From: Eledone cirrhosa
Lineage: Eukaryota
NCBI GenBank assembly: GCA_964016885.1
Contig: OZ024740.1
Span: 311,736,001-311,800,000 of the forward strand
Reading direction: 5' to 3'
DNA length: 64,000 nt
The first letter of the stretch is position 1. Each line of letters begins with the position of its first letter. Positions 1 through 13,009 of this stretch are shown piece after piece. A model generated the notes under the pieces. It ran no database searches, had not been told where the DNA came from, and worked only from the letters and a program-made list of their open reading frames with translations. The position numbers and the translations under genes were made by a program.

Positions 1-94
<94 letters not shown>
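1..94. repeat. (GT)n microsatellite; one of dozens of (CA)n, (TA)n, (CATA)n, (GA)n, (GAA)n and (CCTA)n tracts in the window
   Basis: Pure dinucleotide run. Similar runs at ~846-1100, 1313-1390, 9600-9760, 27880-27993, 31430-31507, 41401-41482, 49935-50105 (CCTA), 53312-53390 (GAA) and 55120-55460. Confidence 0.99.
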
Positions 95-95
<1 letters not shown>

Positions 96-220
96 GTCTT
101 TTTATGTCTCTACGGTTTAGCAAGCAGCCAAAATTCTGCTTGCTTCAACCGACGCAATTGATCAACTCAAGATTCTATAACGCATGCACTGCATGCGTTG
201 CATCCACGCACCCTTCGCCC

Positions 221-272
<52 letters not shown>

Positions 273-435
273 CATATATAACTGCTTGTCGGTCACCAAA
301 TAACAGCAGCAGTGGCAGACTGGCTGGGCTTGGCGGTAATGCTTAATATATCAGTATGACGTCAGCAATATGCAGCACTCGGCCATAATTAAACAAAACA
401 TTTTGGGAGTTAATTATGATAATAAGGGTTTAGAT

Positions 436-760
436 CAGTGTTTCCCAACCTTTTGTACACTATGCCCCACCTCAACATCTAAATAATTGTTATGCCCCCC
501 CCCCCTCTTTGACACGAAAACAGCAATGATCAACTGCAAAGTGTAAACAAATTGGTGTATAAGTGGTGCCAAATGCACAATAACACATGGAGGGGGTGAG
601 ACAGGAGTTTCTGACAGTAATGTGCACCAAAGTTGCCTTGATGTAAAAGTTATAATATAAAACCTGAAGTTTGTTCTCATTAACATCATTTTCAAATGGC
701 CCTCTTAAATATTCAAATTCACCTCCCTGTAGGGGCTGCCACCCAAGTTGGGAATCACCA
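436..760. mobile_element. hAT (Charlie/Buster-like) MITE
   Basis: Left end CAGTGTTTCCCAACCT and imperfect inverted right end AAGTTGGGAATCACCA. Left flank GTTTAGAT fits the NNNTANNN target; the right TSD is not preserved. Confidence 0.5.
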
Positions 761-852
761 GTGACTTTAATCTCATTGTTTACAATTTGCTCAACAAATT
801 TATTTGGAGCACACGCATATGATTAATTGTAAGACAACACACACACGTGTGT

Positions 853-979
<127 letters not shown>

Positions 980-1009
980 GAGTGTGTGTGTGTGAGTGTG
1001 TGTGTGTGT

Positions 1010-1048
<39 letters not shown>

Positions 1049-1330
1049 TGTGTGTGTGTGTGTGTGTGTCTGTGTGTGTGTGTCTGTGTGTGTGTGTCTG
1101 TTCCTTGTTTAAAAGTTAATCCAGATGGGAGTTGTTTGTACCATAGAATGAATTAATCCGTGTGTAAACCACACCTGGCATTCAGCATAACTAGACTTAG
1201 TCCATAATAGTGTGAACCATTTGATGGATTGCGTTGGCCATTTCATTAAACTATGGTTACATTATCATTTCTTTTCATGCTCGCTTTGTGCACACCACTT
1301 CAATATTTTAATACACATACGCACACACAT

Positions 1331-1393
<63 letters not shown>

Positions 1394-2365
1394 GGCACAC
1401 TCAACAAGCATGCAAACGTGTGTGCGTATGACAGGCGTTCTGTTATTGAAATTGTAGTCTCTCTTTCTCTTGCGCATCTAGATTTGAACATAATGAAGTG
1501 ATGTTTAATTCTCGACTTTAAAATCTCTTGTGATTAAAGTGCATATAGCTTTATTTTACCCAATTTACCCAATTGTATACGATATCAATATCCTATTTAA
1601 CTTTATAAAGCTGAATGTTAGTGATTATTGAGGAGAAAACAAATTTGAAAGCTTTAGTCAATCTCTGGGGATTCTTGAAGTTTACGCATCTATCATATCT
1701 GAATACTTCTTGATAATTGAATAATTTTTACACATTCTTTTAGTCTTTTAGTCCATGTTGGGGCACATGCCTTTAATCGATCGATACTATCGATCCCAAC
1801 ATTTATTTCAATCTAGTACTTATTTTATCCGTCTACATTTTATCAAATTACAAATTTACGAATTTGATGTAAAATGCAGAATTAACACACCAGTTTACAC
1901 AAATAAGCACGATCATACATGCATACATACAAACATTCACATGCATATATGCACATGCATACATAAATACATGCACATACATACATACATACATGATGGT
2001 TGCAAACTTTGCTAATAGTACTGCAATCGCTAGTCAGATTATAGAGTTTTGGTGCCCTTTTAGACTACGGTCAGCCACACAAACCTGTAACATATCCTGA
2101 ACAAGTAATGCCTGTGCTTTGAAGATTTTTTAAGTGGGGAAAAGCCTTGCACTCGACCAATCCCACTCTCTGAGCATCGAAAACACTAACCGAAAAGGAG
2201 AACCGGTCAACGTCATCGGATGCTTCCAAAACCGCGGGTTTTTTTTCAGAGTTTCCCTCTCCTAGACAACAACTGGGGGCCTTCCACTCCCATATACATA
2301 CATACATACATACATACATACATACATACATACATACATACATACATACATACATACATACATAC

Positions 2366-2772
2366 ATGGTGGCTGCCAACTCGTTTTCGCGTACGGCCAC
2401 TACTTTATATCCATGTAGGAGAACCCCTACCGATGCGCTAAACGAGTGTGACTTTTTAGTCCAGCCAGCGACTTGAAAACTCTGGTACAAACACTACACT
2501 TGCGACAATTATTGACGCATAGTGCTGGGCCCATGGTACCATGTGACGATAAGTGCAGAGAGATCTCCAGATATAAAGCAATGCCTGTGCCGTGAAGCTT
2601 TTATAGTGAGCAAAGGCACTGCACAAAGCCAGTCCCACTCTCTTAACCAAGATGATATTTACCAAAAAGAACAAGTCAACATCATTGGATACCATCAGGG
2701 TTGCAGGTGTTATATCAGAGTTTTCCTTCTCCTAGAATTCTGCCTTGACAAAGGCTAAGGGGTCATCTCTCC
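2366..2772 (-). mobile_element. Short non-autonomous RTE-derived retroposon with (TATG)n tail
   Basis: Near-identical to 6865-7245, 10516-11185 and 26587-27190. Encodes a C2H2 finger remnant ([14 protein letters not shown]) and ends in the stem-loop GCCGTAC..GAAAACGAGTTGGCAGCC followed by (TATG)n. Confidence 0.8.
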
Positions 2773-2942
2773 CGGATACATAAATACATACATACATACA
2801 TGATGGCTGCCCCATCGTTATCGAGTATGGCCATTGCACGAGAAGAAAAAAAAAGAAAAATAAATAAATAAAATAAAAAAAATGAAAAAAAAAATAAATA
2901 AAATAAAAAAAAAAATAATAATAATGATAATAATAAATAAAT

Positions 2943-2973
<31 letters not shown>

Positions 2974-3086
2974 GTTGTAATAAAATGAAAACGAAATTTC
3001 ATTTCTCACTCTTAGTACGGCACTTACTTAAATGTAAGTATGTATGTATACGTACATACATATATGTATACAGACGTACAGTAGCA

Positions 3087-3134
<48 letters not shown>

Positions 3135-3138
<4 letters not shown>

Positions 3139-3571
3139 CATACAGGTACACATACATATATGTACGCATCAGTTTAGCGGACGCTTATTATAGCGCCCGC
3201 TTTGTTCGTTTGTAAACAAACTGAACAGCCTGAATTTATGCCGCACGGTGTTAAGGCAACCACGTCACCTTTTTGTTCAACACTGACACAGGAACGATGT
3301 ACTAGTTTCAAGCTTGTTAGCTATCATCAGCACCGTATATCCATCTGCCAGATAGTTGAACGTTCGAAAGTATATACTTTCCTTATGAAAATTAACGGCT
3401 GAGCAGCCTAATTTGCATATCGAGTGAGTTAAATCGGTCAGGCGCACCGAAAACGATGAGTTGTAATAAAATGAAAACGAAATTTCATTTCTCACTCTTA
3501 TACGGCACTTACTTAAATGTAAGTATGTATGTATACATACATACATATATGTATACAGACGTACAGTAGCA

Positions 3572-3575
<4 letters not shown>
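3135..3575 (-). mobile_element. ORF-less hammerhead-containing element (unit ABC), PLE/retrozyme-like
   Basis: Flanked by (TA)n. Partial tandem copy at 2972-3090, partial direct copy at 4173-4246, inverted copy at 4244-4578. Contains an HHR. Confidence 0.75.
3295..3335 (-). ncRNA. Minimal type I hammerhead ribozyme
   Basis: Minus strand: cggtg CTGATGA t-agct aaca agct-t GAAA ctag TA catcg. Stems I and II pair; stem III is the palindrome CTAG. Confidence 0.8.
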
Positions 3576-3650
<75 letters not shown>

Positions 3651-3655
<5 letters not shown>

Positions 3656-4153
3656 TAAGTTAAAAATGTACATCTACATATGCATACTGAAATACTAGTA
3701 TGCATATGAATACACACACGTATACATATGTAGATGTAACAAGTCTTTCACTGGTTACTTTACTGTGAGTAACCCAGCTATTCTGTATGTAAACACACAG
3801 ACAAACCGGTTTTTAGAGTCATACTGGTTTTCGAGGAAACACCTTTCCTCTATTCTCCAGAAAGCCAGACAAGGAATATTGAACTAGTTTCGTTGTTGTT
3901 ACAACTCATCAGCAATATTTACCTATCTACCGGCCTTTCTGGAGAATCGTAAAAGCACATATCGTTATATGCTTTTTCTATGAAAATTAGTAGTGGGCAG
4001 ACTAATTTGCATAGAGTGTGAGTACGCACCGGTTCAGCGGAGACGATAAAAACAAATAACGAAACGAAATTAAATTTCGTTTCGTTTGTAACTCACTTTT
4101 GTATGACTGACGCTTAAACAATTAAGTTAAAAATGTACATCTACATATGCATA
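3651..4153 (-). mobile_element. ORF-less HHR unit D with ~36-bp terminal direct repeat
   Basis: ACAATTAAGTTAAAAATGTACATCTACATATGCATA at both ends, with (TA)n flanks. Related to unit ABC around CTAATTTGCATA. Confidence 0.7.
3875..3919 (-). ncRNA. Minimal type I hammerhead ribozyme
   Basis: Minus strand: aatattg CTGATGA gttgt aaca acaac GAAA ctag TT caatatt. Perfect 7-bp stem I and 5-bp stem II. Confidence 0.85.
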
Positions 4154-4379
4154 TATATATATATATATATATACATACAGGTACACATACATATATGTAC
4201 GCATCAGTTTAGCGGACGCTTATTATAGCGCCCGCTTTGTTCGTTTTATTACAACTCATCGTTTTCGGTGCGCCTGACCGATTTAACTCACTCGATATGC
4301 AAATTAGGCTGCTCAGCCGTTAATTTTCATAAGGAAAGTATATACTTTCGAACGTTCAACTATCTGGCAGATGGGTATA

Positions 4380-4420
4380 CGGTGCTGATGATAGCTAACA
4401 AGCTTGAAACTAGTACATCG
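4380..4420 (+). ncRNA. Minimal type I hammerhead ribozyme (inverted copy of 3295-3335)
   Basis: cggtgCTGATGAtagctaacaagcttGAAActagTAcatcg. Confidence 0.8.
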
Positions 4421-4596
4421 TTCCTGTGTCAGTGTTGAACAAAAAGGTGACGTGGTTGCCTTAACACCGTGCGGCATAAATTCAGGCTGTTCAGTTTGTT
4501 TACAAACGAACAAAGCGGGCGCTATAATAAGCGTCCGCTAAACTGATGCGTACATATATGTATGTGTACCTGTATGTATATATATATATATATATA

Positions 4597-5352
4597 TAAT
4601 GTATTTTTAACTCTGATACTGGTTCAGTCTAATTCAACCGGATTGGTCTGTCCCAGTCATTCATTGAGCAACATCGGTGAGGTTGGCACCATTAACTCAC
4701 GGTTGGATGTGGATGCATTCATGTATATGTGTGTGTCCGCATGTATCTGTGTGTTTCTAAATATATTGTTCATAACTCCCTCTGGTCGAGTAATCTTTGA
4801 AGTGTGGTGACTGCTGGAAAGCTGCCATTACTCATACTTATCGCCTCCCTCACCACCTCTTCTACGGCTTCGATATAAATACCCCCTCCGCCTCCGTGGT
4901 ATTTTCTTCGGGGTTATAAGAGGCTTAGCTCTGTTTCTCGACCGTTATATCGCGTGACTATCTCCCCCTCCGCCTTTTGGGATTCTTTCTCACGTCATGT
5001 AGACGCGTTCTAGAAGCTAGAAAACGAGGTATCCTCTTGATAAGTCGGCAGACCTCGCAAGGGCTGTATATCTTTATGATGTATTGTTTTTGTTTATGCC
5101 ACGAAACTACGTAGTCGAGGAATCTAGGAGCAGTTTAGGTATGATACATTTTATTACTAATTATATCTAAATGTTTCTTCTCTCTTCATAATGTATTTTT
5201 AACTCTGATACTGGTTCAGTCTAATTCAACCGGATTGGTCTGTCCCAGTCATTCATTGAGCAACATCGGTGAGGTTGGCACCATTAACTCACGGTTGGAT
5301 GTGGATGCATTCATGTATATGTGTGTGTCCGCATGTATCTGTGTGTTTCTAA

Positions 5353-5358
<6 letters not shown>
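4597..5358 (+). mobile_element. ORF-less HHR unit E with ~170-bp terminal direct repeat (period ~591 bp)
   Basis: 4597-4767 is repeated at 5188-5358, with (TA)n on both sides. TATAAATA near 4873 lies upstream of an HHR. Confidence 0.75.
5032..5121 (+). ncRNA. Hammerhead ribozyme variant (U3-A8 core, long stem II)
   Basis: tcctc TTGATAA gtcggca...tgccac GAAA ctacgtag TC gagga. 5-bp stem I, palindromic stem III, GUC site. Confidence 0.65.
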
Positions 5359-5392
<34 letters not shown>

Positions 5393-5440
5393 TGCTACTG
5401 TACGTCTGTATACATATATGTATGTACGTATACATACATA

Positions 5441-5478
<38 letters not shown>

Positions 5479-5633
5479 CATACATACACATACACTCACA
5501 CATATACACACACATACATTAATAACAATAATAATAATAATAATAATAATAATAGCAATAATAATAATAACGACAACAACAATAATAATATACATATTCA
5601 TATATATACACACACACACGCACGCACATAAGC

Positions 5634-5667
<34 letters not shown>

Positions 5668-5699
5668 GCGATAGCAACTAACAGTGCTGCGATCGAATG

Positions 5700-6275
5700 T
5701 GGCTTTTTAGCCCAGCCAATGATCTAAAATGTCTTGCACAGAGTCGGCAACCAAAACATTCACTGGGAATAGTCGGCTGTGGTTGGAGTTCGTGTACTTT
5801 TGCATGTCGCTTGAGCCCTCCTGCTGATTTACATTCTCTTGGCAAGCATGATGAGTAGCATCTCCAACAGCAGCCTGGTAGTCAACCACTGGTCTTACTT
5901 TATGACTGCGAAGATGACTTTCGAGTCCAGCTTTGCTTAGGCAGAGTCTCGCACAGACGCTGCATGTCAGCACCATAGGAGGACCCTCGCCGTCTGGAAG
6001 TGCAACAGCAATGCCCTTCCTCACGTCCCGCTTTACTTTCTCGTGTGCGATTCGAGATGCCTCAAAGGCAACTTTTCCCTCATATACAGTCTTTCTCCAT
6101 TTATTACGATCAGCAGCAATATTTTCCCATGTATCAGCAGAGATGTTAGCGTCTTTCAGAGAGGCTTTCAAGGAATCCTTATACCTTTTTTTGGTTTATG
6201 TGGCAGTCGTTTTCCTTTAACCAACTCTCCATAGAAGAGTTGTTTTGGTATTCTAGAATCCTTCATCCTGGCAAT
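5700..6275 (-). mobile_element. RTE LINE 3' fragment (post-RT region plus C2H2 zinc finger), frameshifted
   Basis: RMKDSRIPKQLFYGEL..GKR.....K.(RY)KDSLKASLK...I....WE..A.DR..WR and CSVCARLCLSKAGLESHLRSH are typical RTE/BovB-like C-terminal motifs. Confidence 0.85.
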
Positions 6276-6864
6276 ACATACATACATACATACATACATA
6301 CATACATACATACATACATACATACATACATACATACATACATACATACATACATACATACATACATTTTTAACTGTTGGTCAATCAATGATAAACATTG
6401 ATTGCCAGCTAAATTGGTCGTGGAAATATAAAGAAAAATATACTGAAACTGAAGCTAAGACCAAACCAAACAGTGAGTGTGTTTTACTATTTTGGGGAAT
6501 ATTAGGACAACATTAAGTTTCCCGAATATAACAATAGAATTATAGTACATTTCTTCATAAATTTGTCAAAAATGATTTCATTGTTTTCTCAGAAACTCTT
6601 ATATAAATTGTATTGTATTACTGTATTAGTAATACTAATAGTAATACACACTAAATATTTGAAACCATGATTGTCCTCACCCTCCGTTTGGCCTCCCATC
6701 GGTGATATGGGTGTATTGGACGCAAGGAAGATTTTTATGTTGTTTTTGGAATAAAATAGTGCGTCCAATATACCAGCAAATACCGTACATACATACATAC
6801 TTACATACATACATACATACATGCACACATACATGCATACATACATACATACATACATACATAC

Positions 6865-7245
6865 ATGGTGGCTGCCAACTCGTTTTCGAGTACGGCCACT
6901 ACTTTATATCCATGTAGGAGAACTCCTACCAATGCGCTGAACGAGTGACATTTTAGTCCAGCCAGCGACTTGAAAACTCTGGTACAAACACTACACTTGT
7001 GACAATTATTGACACATAGTGCTGGGCCCATGGTACCATGTGACGACAAGTGCAGAGAGATCTCCAGATATAAAGCAATGCCTGTGCCGTGAAGCTTTTA
7101 TAGTGAGCAAAGGCACTGCACAAAGCCAGTCCCACTCTCTTCACCAAGATGATATTTACCAAAAAGAAGAACAAGTCAACATCATTGGATACCATCAGGG
7201 TTGCAGGTGTTATATCAGAGTTTTCCTTCTCCTAGAATTCTGCCT
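6865..7245 (-). mobile_element. Short RTE-derived retroposon, 5'-truncated
   Basis: Same family as 2366-2772; (CATA)n on both sides. Confidence 0.8.
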
Positions 7246-7632
7246 ACATACATACATACATACATACATACATACATACATACATACATACATACATAGG
7301 AAGTATTACGAAGCGCCTGTGGAACTGAATTTGAAAGGAAGCTTTTGCTATAATGGAAAGGACACGAGTTGTAACTGTACACATAGTTGTGAATAAATCG
7401 GGTGTATATTTGTTTTTATACCAGAAATTTGTGCTTCCATTACACCAAAGCGACTAGCAACGAATTTTCGTTTCAATTAAAGCTGATATAGCAAATGTGA
7501 GTTCGATCCTCACGGGTGATTGTCCACTTTTTTCCATCAAGAGGTATCTCCCGATTTATGCACAAATATGTTTTTAGTAAGAATTCCTGTGTCGTGGTTC
7601 TTGACAGTCCTATATATTACACACACACACAC

Positions 7633-7699
<67 letters not shown>

Positions 7700-7700
7700 C

Positions 7701-7789
<89 letters not shown>

Positions 7790-8544
7790 CGACATGATTT
7801 CGCACAGTTTCCCTCTTCGAAAATAGCCCTAACAAAGCATTGGTAAATCTGAAGGTACACGAGTAAGATATTTGATTAAGGTACCATGGATTCACGTCGA
7901 ACCAGGAACCACATAGCTGCAAAGTGAATTTCTAAATAGCCAGGTGTGAGTCTATATATAATAAAATTAAATTGTTTTCTTCAAGTATACACCTTACTCT
8001 CAAAAGGAGCCTACCATTATATCAGAGCAAGGAAACTACATTTCCACGAGTGTTTCCATCATTGATATAGTTACCAGTTACAACTCCTGGCCGAAGGAGG
8101 CAGGATTTGAACAAAGAACCCATAGAGCCGAATCAGATAACACAAAGAATCTAGCCAGACCAATTAACACTTCCACCAATACCCAGGCCCTCGACTGGTA
8201 CTTTATCTATAGATTCCGAAAGAATTAAAGACGAAGTTCACCATGGCGGGATTTGAACTCAGAGCGCAGAGTAAATACTGGCGTTTAATCCTACGCTTTA
8301 ATGGTTTTTCCAATTCGACGCCAGTAAGATGAAAAGGATCAATAGATAATTCAATTTCTGGATATTGATAATTTGGGATTTATAAGGTAAATAGTATCAT
8401 GAGTGACTTGGTAATCTATATTGATATCATTCATACCTAGCTAACTAGATCAGTTCACCTTGATACTGCAGGAGTTATTTGGCTGTATTGGTATAGTATT
8501 GATAAAATTGCATTAAGGCTGAAAAGCAAAGTTAACCTCAAATC

Positions 8545-9200
8545 TCGCCGTGGCCCTTTACGGTCTGAGTTCAAATCCCGCCGAAGTTAACTTTGCCTTT
8601 TATCGATAAAATAAAGTACCAGTAATACACTGGGGTAATGCTGGCCTTGTGCCAAAAGTAGAAACAATTATAGTTTTTAATTACATTCCTTTACGACCTG
8701 AGATCAAATTCTATCTCTGTAGACTTTGTCTTTCTTCTGTCCATGTTCGATAAAAAAAAATACTAGAGAAGAACTCTCTAGTATTTTTTTTGGTAATCGT
8801 TTATACCTAGTAATCGTTTATACCTCTCCAACAAAATGTGCGCCCCTTGATTATGTTCGAAATCATTATTAGCCGCAGCAATCCTAGGACTGATCATTGA
8901 AGCACTTTAATTGTGGGTGGTTAATATTTAAAGCAGTATGCTATGAGTTGAAACTGTTTCATTCTAGTTCTTTAGAGAGGGTCGTAGATTGGCAGAATCG
9001 TTAGAGCATCAGATCAAATGCTTTACAACATTTGTTCCTGCACTTTACATTCCGAGTTCAGATCCCGCTAAGGTCAACTTTGTCTTTCATCTTTCCGGGG
9101 TCGATGGAATAAAATACCTGTCAAATATTTGGATCGATATACTTGACCCCTCCTCCCAACAAATTGCAGGCCTAGTGCCTAAATTAAAAACCATTCAAGT
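8545..9200 (+). mobile_element. Cluster of about three tRNA-derived Meta/MESC-type SINEs (degenerate)
   Basis: B box GAGTTCAAATCC, core CTTTGCCTTTCATC..GGGGTCGATAAAATAAAGTACCAG, tail GGCCTTGTGCCAAAAGTAGAAACAATT. Confidence 0.75.
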
Positions 9201-9641
9201 TGTTTAGAAAATCAATTCATCATACTTAAAATTTTGAAGCAATGTAAAAATCACATTATCAATGACATATTAATTCAATATGGTCTGTGTAATGTCTTCT
9301 AGAGATACCAAGACTACATGCCACTGAATTGGAGAAGATACATATTCGCATCGTTTCAACATGTGAATTGGCTTCTTTCTGATTATTTCCTTTTTATGTA
9401 ATATCCACTTTGGATCAATATATAGAAATGTGTTAATTGATTAATGGTCCGATAAATAGGTGGAATAGATAGAAATAGCATTGCGAATTTTTCAGAAATT
9501 CATCACTCTGCGTTATGTACAGAATTAAGATGGAATATAGCTTTAATGGTATAATTTGTTGCGTAATCTTTGTGCATACATAAATACATGCATACATGCG
9601 CGCACACACGCGCACACACACACACGCACACGCACACACAC

Positions 9642-9768
<127 letters not shown>

Positions 9769-10159
9769 AACGTTCATGCAATCATACATGCATGCATACA
9801 TATATTCATATATGCATATGTTATGTATATATGTATGTATGTATGTATGCATGCATGTATGTATGTATGTACGTTCTTCTGGTTTTATGATTTCACAAAT
9901 GTTTGCCAATAGAGAGAGAGTCGGTTTCTAACATAGACACAAGACTCTCTCATTGGAATTTACACAACACCAACTAGGTAGATATGTATGCATGTCTGCA
10001 ATCATGCATGTGTAGGTATGGATGTTATTGTATGTGTGGATGTGGATGTTTTGAGTTGTATGAGTGCATGTGTATACGCTTTGTATCTGTACATGTGTAT
10101 ATGCAGTTATTAGATACAAAATGCTTGGAATGTTTTACATATTTTTACTGGATTGTACT

Positions 10160-10495
10160 TGTAATTTCATAACTAGTTGTGTTCTTTCTGTTCCTATGAA
10201 GCCTAGCTTCTCAAGATTTGTATTGAGTCAGTTACTAACATACCCCAGTGCCCCAATAATCACAGGCATAAATCTGAAGGTATAATCAGGGTGGAGTATC
10301 TGCAGATTTCTCATCAGTTCTACATGAATATTCTCCTTTTCGCTAATTTTTGATATTATATTGGCATCTTCTGGGCAACTAACTTCCACTACTGTGCATG
10401 CCTTCTTTTCCCTGTCCCATATAATATCTGGTCTGTTATGCCTGCATTTTATTGGGTTTTATACTGGAACATTCCACCAGTACTCTTTCATATTA
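10160..10495 (-). mobile_element. R4/Dong-like non-LTR element, 3' restriction-like endonuclease fragment
   Basis: Minus-strand translation ...CRHNRPDYIWDREKKACTVVEVSCPEDAN...EKE...PVIIGALG carries the RPD motif and downstream acidic residues of an RLE domain. Confidence 0.7.
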
Positions 10496-10515
10496 TGTAT
10501 ATGTATGTATGTATG

Positions 10516-11185
10516 GGAGAGATGACCCCTTAGCCTTTGTCAAGGCAGAATTCTAGGAGAAGGAAAACTCTGATATAACACCTGCAACCCTGATGGTATA
10601 CAATGATGTTGACTTGTTCTTCTTTTTGGTAAATATCATCTTGGTTAAGAGAGTGGGACTGGCTTTGTGCAGTGCCTTTGCTCACTATAAAAGCTTCACG
10701 GCACAGGCATTGCTTTATATCTGGAGATCTCTCTGCACTTGTCGTCACATGGTACCATGGGCCCAGCACTATGTGTCAATAATTGTCACAAGTGTAGTGT
10801 TTGTACCAGAGTTTTCAAGTCGCTGGCTGGGCTAAAAAGTGACACTCTAGGGGTTCTCCTACATGGATATAAAGTAGTGGCCGTACTCGAAAACGAGTTG
10901 GCAGCCACCATGTATGTATGTATGTATGTATGTATGTATGTATGTATGTATGTATGTATGTATGTATGTATGTATGTATCTGGAGATCTCTCTGCACTTG
11001 TCGTCACATGGTACCATGGGCCCAGCACTATGTGTCAATAATTGTCACAAGTGTAGTGTTTGTACCAGAGTTTTCAAGTCGCCGGCTGGACTAAAAAGTC
11101 ACAGTCGTTCAGCGCATTGGTAGGGGTTCTCCTACATGGATATAAAGTAGTGGCCGTACTCGAAAACGAGTTGGCAGCCACCATG
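10516..11185 (+). mobile_element. Two tandem short RTE-derived retroposons separated by (TATG)n
   Basis: 10516-10910, then a 5'-truncated copy at 10977-11185 inserted into or after the first copy's tail. Confidence 0.8.
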
Positions 11186-11847
11186 TATGTATGTGTGTGT
11201 TTGCGTGTATGTATATATTTATGTATATATACATGTATCTATGTGCATGTGCGTTCGAACACTGCAATAAACCTGAGTTTGAGTGACTTTATTTCTGGTG
11301 TTGTGCAATTAAGACATTATCATCTTATTCTCCATCATCATCACACCACTTAAACAATAGCAACAACAACAACAACAACAACAATAATAATGATATACTC
11401 CTCTTAAATTACTTTAATGACGCGGTTCAGGTTATTTATTGAAGTTGGTAGCCATAATGTGTTCATGTTAATTCATAGACATCATTAATTTTATGGTAAG
11501 AGCATCTACAAGTTCTCTTAAATTAGTCACATTCCATGAATTAAAGGTCATTTGTAGGAGTTTTATTAATGAATATATATATATAGTTATTACACGCGAT
11601 ATTGGATCATCACCTACCAATGGTTTCATGAACAAACGAAGCTGGCTGAAGTGCAAGCAATAACCGTTAGTTAAATCCTCAAACTAATGTATTTAAACAT
11701 GTATTTAAACATTACTCTTCTCTTTAATTCTAAGATCCATTTATATACTTATCCAAAGGAGATGACTAAGAGTTATCGCTTACATTTTGGCGAGTCACGC
11801 GAGCTCAGGAAATAAATGGCAGCTGGCGATATACATAAAACCATTAA

Positions 11848-12145
11848 GCCATGCTTAGTGCTTAGAACGTTGGACTTTCAATCGTGAGGTTGTGACTTCC
11901 ATTCCCAGTACGGGTGATGCGTTGAGCAAGACACTTTATTTCACGTTGCTCCTGTTCATTCAACTGTAGAAATGAGTTGTGACGTAACTGGTGCCAAGCT
12001 ATATAGGTCATTGCCTTTCCCTTGGACAACATCGGTGGCATGGAGAGGGGAGACTGGTATATATGGGCGACTGCTGGTCTTCCACAAAAAATCCATCCCG
12101 GACTAGTGCCTCGGAGGAGAACTTTCTATGTGCAAACCCCTCGCC
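11848..12145 (+). mobile_element. CORE-type tRNA-derived SINE (degenerate)
   Basis: tRNA-like head followed by the CORE-like segment TTGAGCAAGACACTTTATTTCAC. Confidence 0.55.
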
Positions 12146-12148
12146 CCC

Positions 12149-12183
<35 letters not shown>

Positions 12184-12512
12184 CACACACATGTATGTAT
12201 ACACACACATGTATATATACATATATACATATATACATATATATATATATACATAAATATATATATACATATACATATATATATACATATATATGGGATA
12301 ACAAATTATCGTTATAGGTAATCCAGTTAGAGGTTGTGAATACTCCGTATTGTGGATAGTTTTAGCGTACGGCGTTGTTTGACTCAACAAGAGGTTTCCT
12401 TAGGTAGCGAGTTTTTGAGTTCTCAGGAGTTCCTATGCAAGTTAATCTTGGAGTAATAATAGTGAAAGAGTGAAGAATAACATGGTCAACAGTACAAAAA
12501 GGGTTTTAATTT

Positions 12513-12627
12513 ACAGTATTAACAATTGTTTCATTGATTAAGTTGTTTAAAAATTGTTAATCACTTGAAGTTGTGTCACTCAATTTTAAATACAATGCAT
12601 GCTTAACCAAATCATCAGAAAAACTGT
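12513..12627 (-). ncRNA. Hammerhead ribozyme motif in a PLE-like 3' remnant
   Basis: Minus strand: acagttttt CTGATGA tttggttaag...cttaatcaat GAAA caattg TT aatactgt. Confidence 0.6.
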
Positions 12628-12715
12628 TTAAAATTATACACGGCGTTTGTAATATACTAGAGAAATTCAAATTACAACATCAATAAAAAAGAAAGAAAAA
12701 GAAACACACACACAG

Positions 12716-12771
<56 letters not shown>

Positions 12772-12820
12772 GCACACACACACACAGATACACACACAGA
12801 GATACACACACACACACACG

Positions 12821-12851
<31 letters not shown>

Positions 12852-13009
12852 GAGTCCATTAGGGTGTTTCCTAATTGGTAGCCGGGGCTGTGATTATGTT
12901 GTCCAATCAGGAAAATCATGGTGCTATAAAGAAAGAACACTCCACGCCATGTGTATTCTACCAATCTTGATATGGTATCGTATGAGTAGCGAAGGACGGA
13001 AAAACATCA

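Noticed and set aside
8752-8791. Hairpin plus T-run resembling an intrinsic terminator
   Set aside because: Eukaryotic context inside a decayed SINE; more likely a local inversion.
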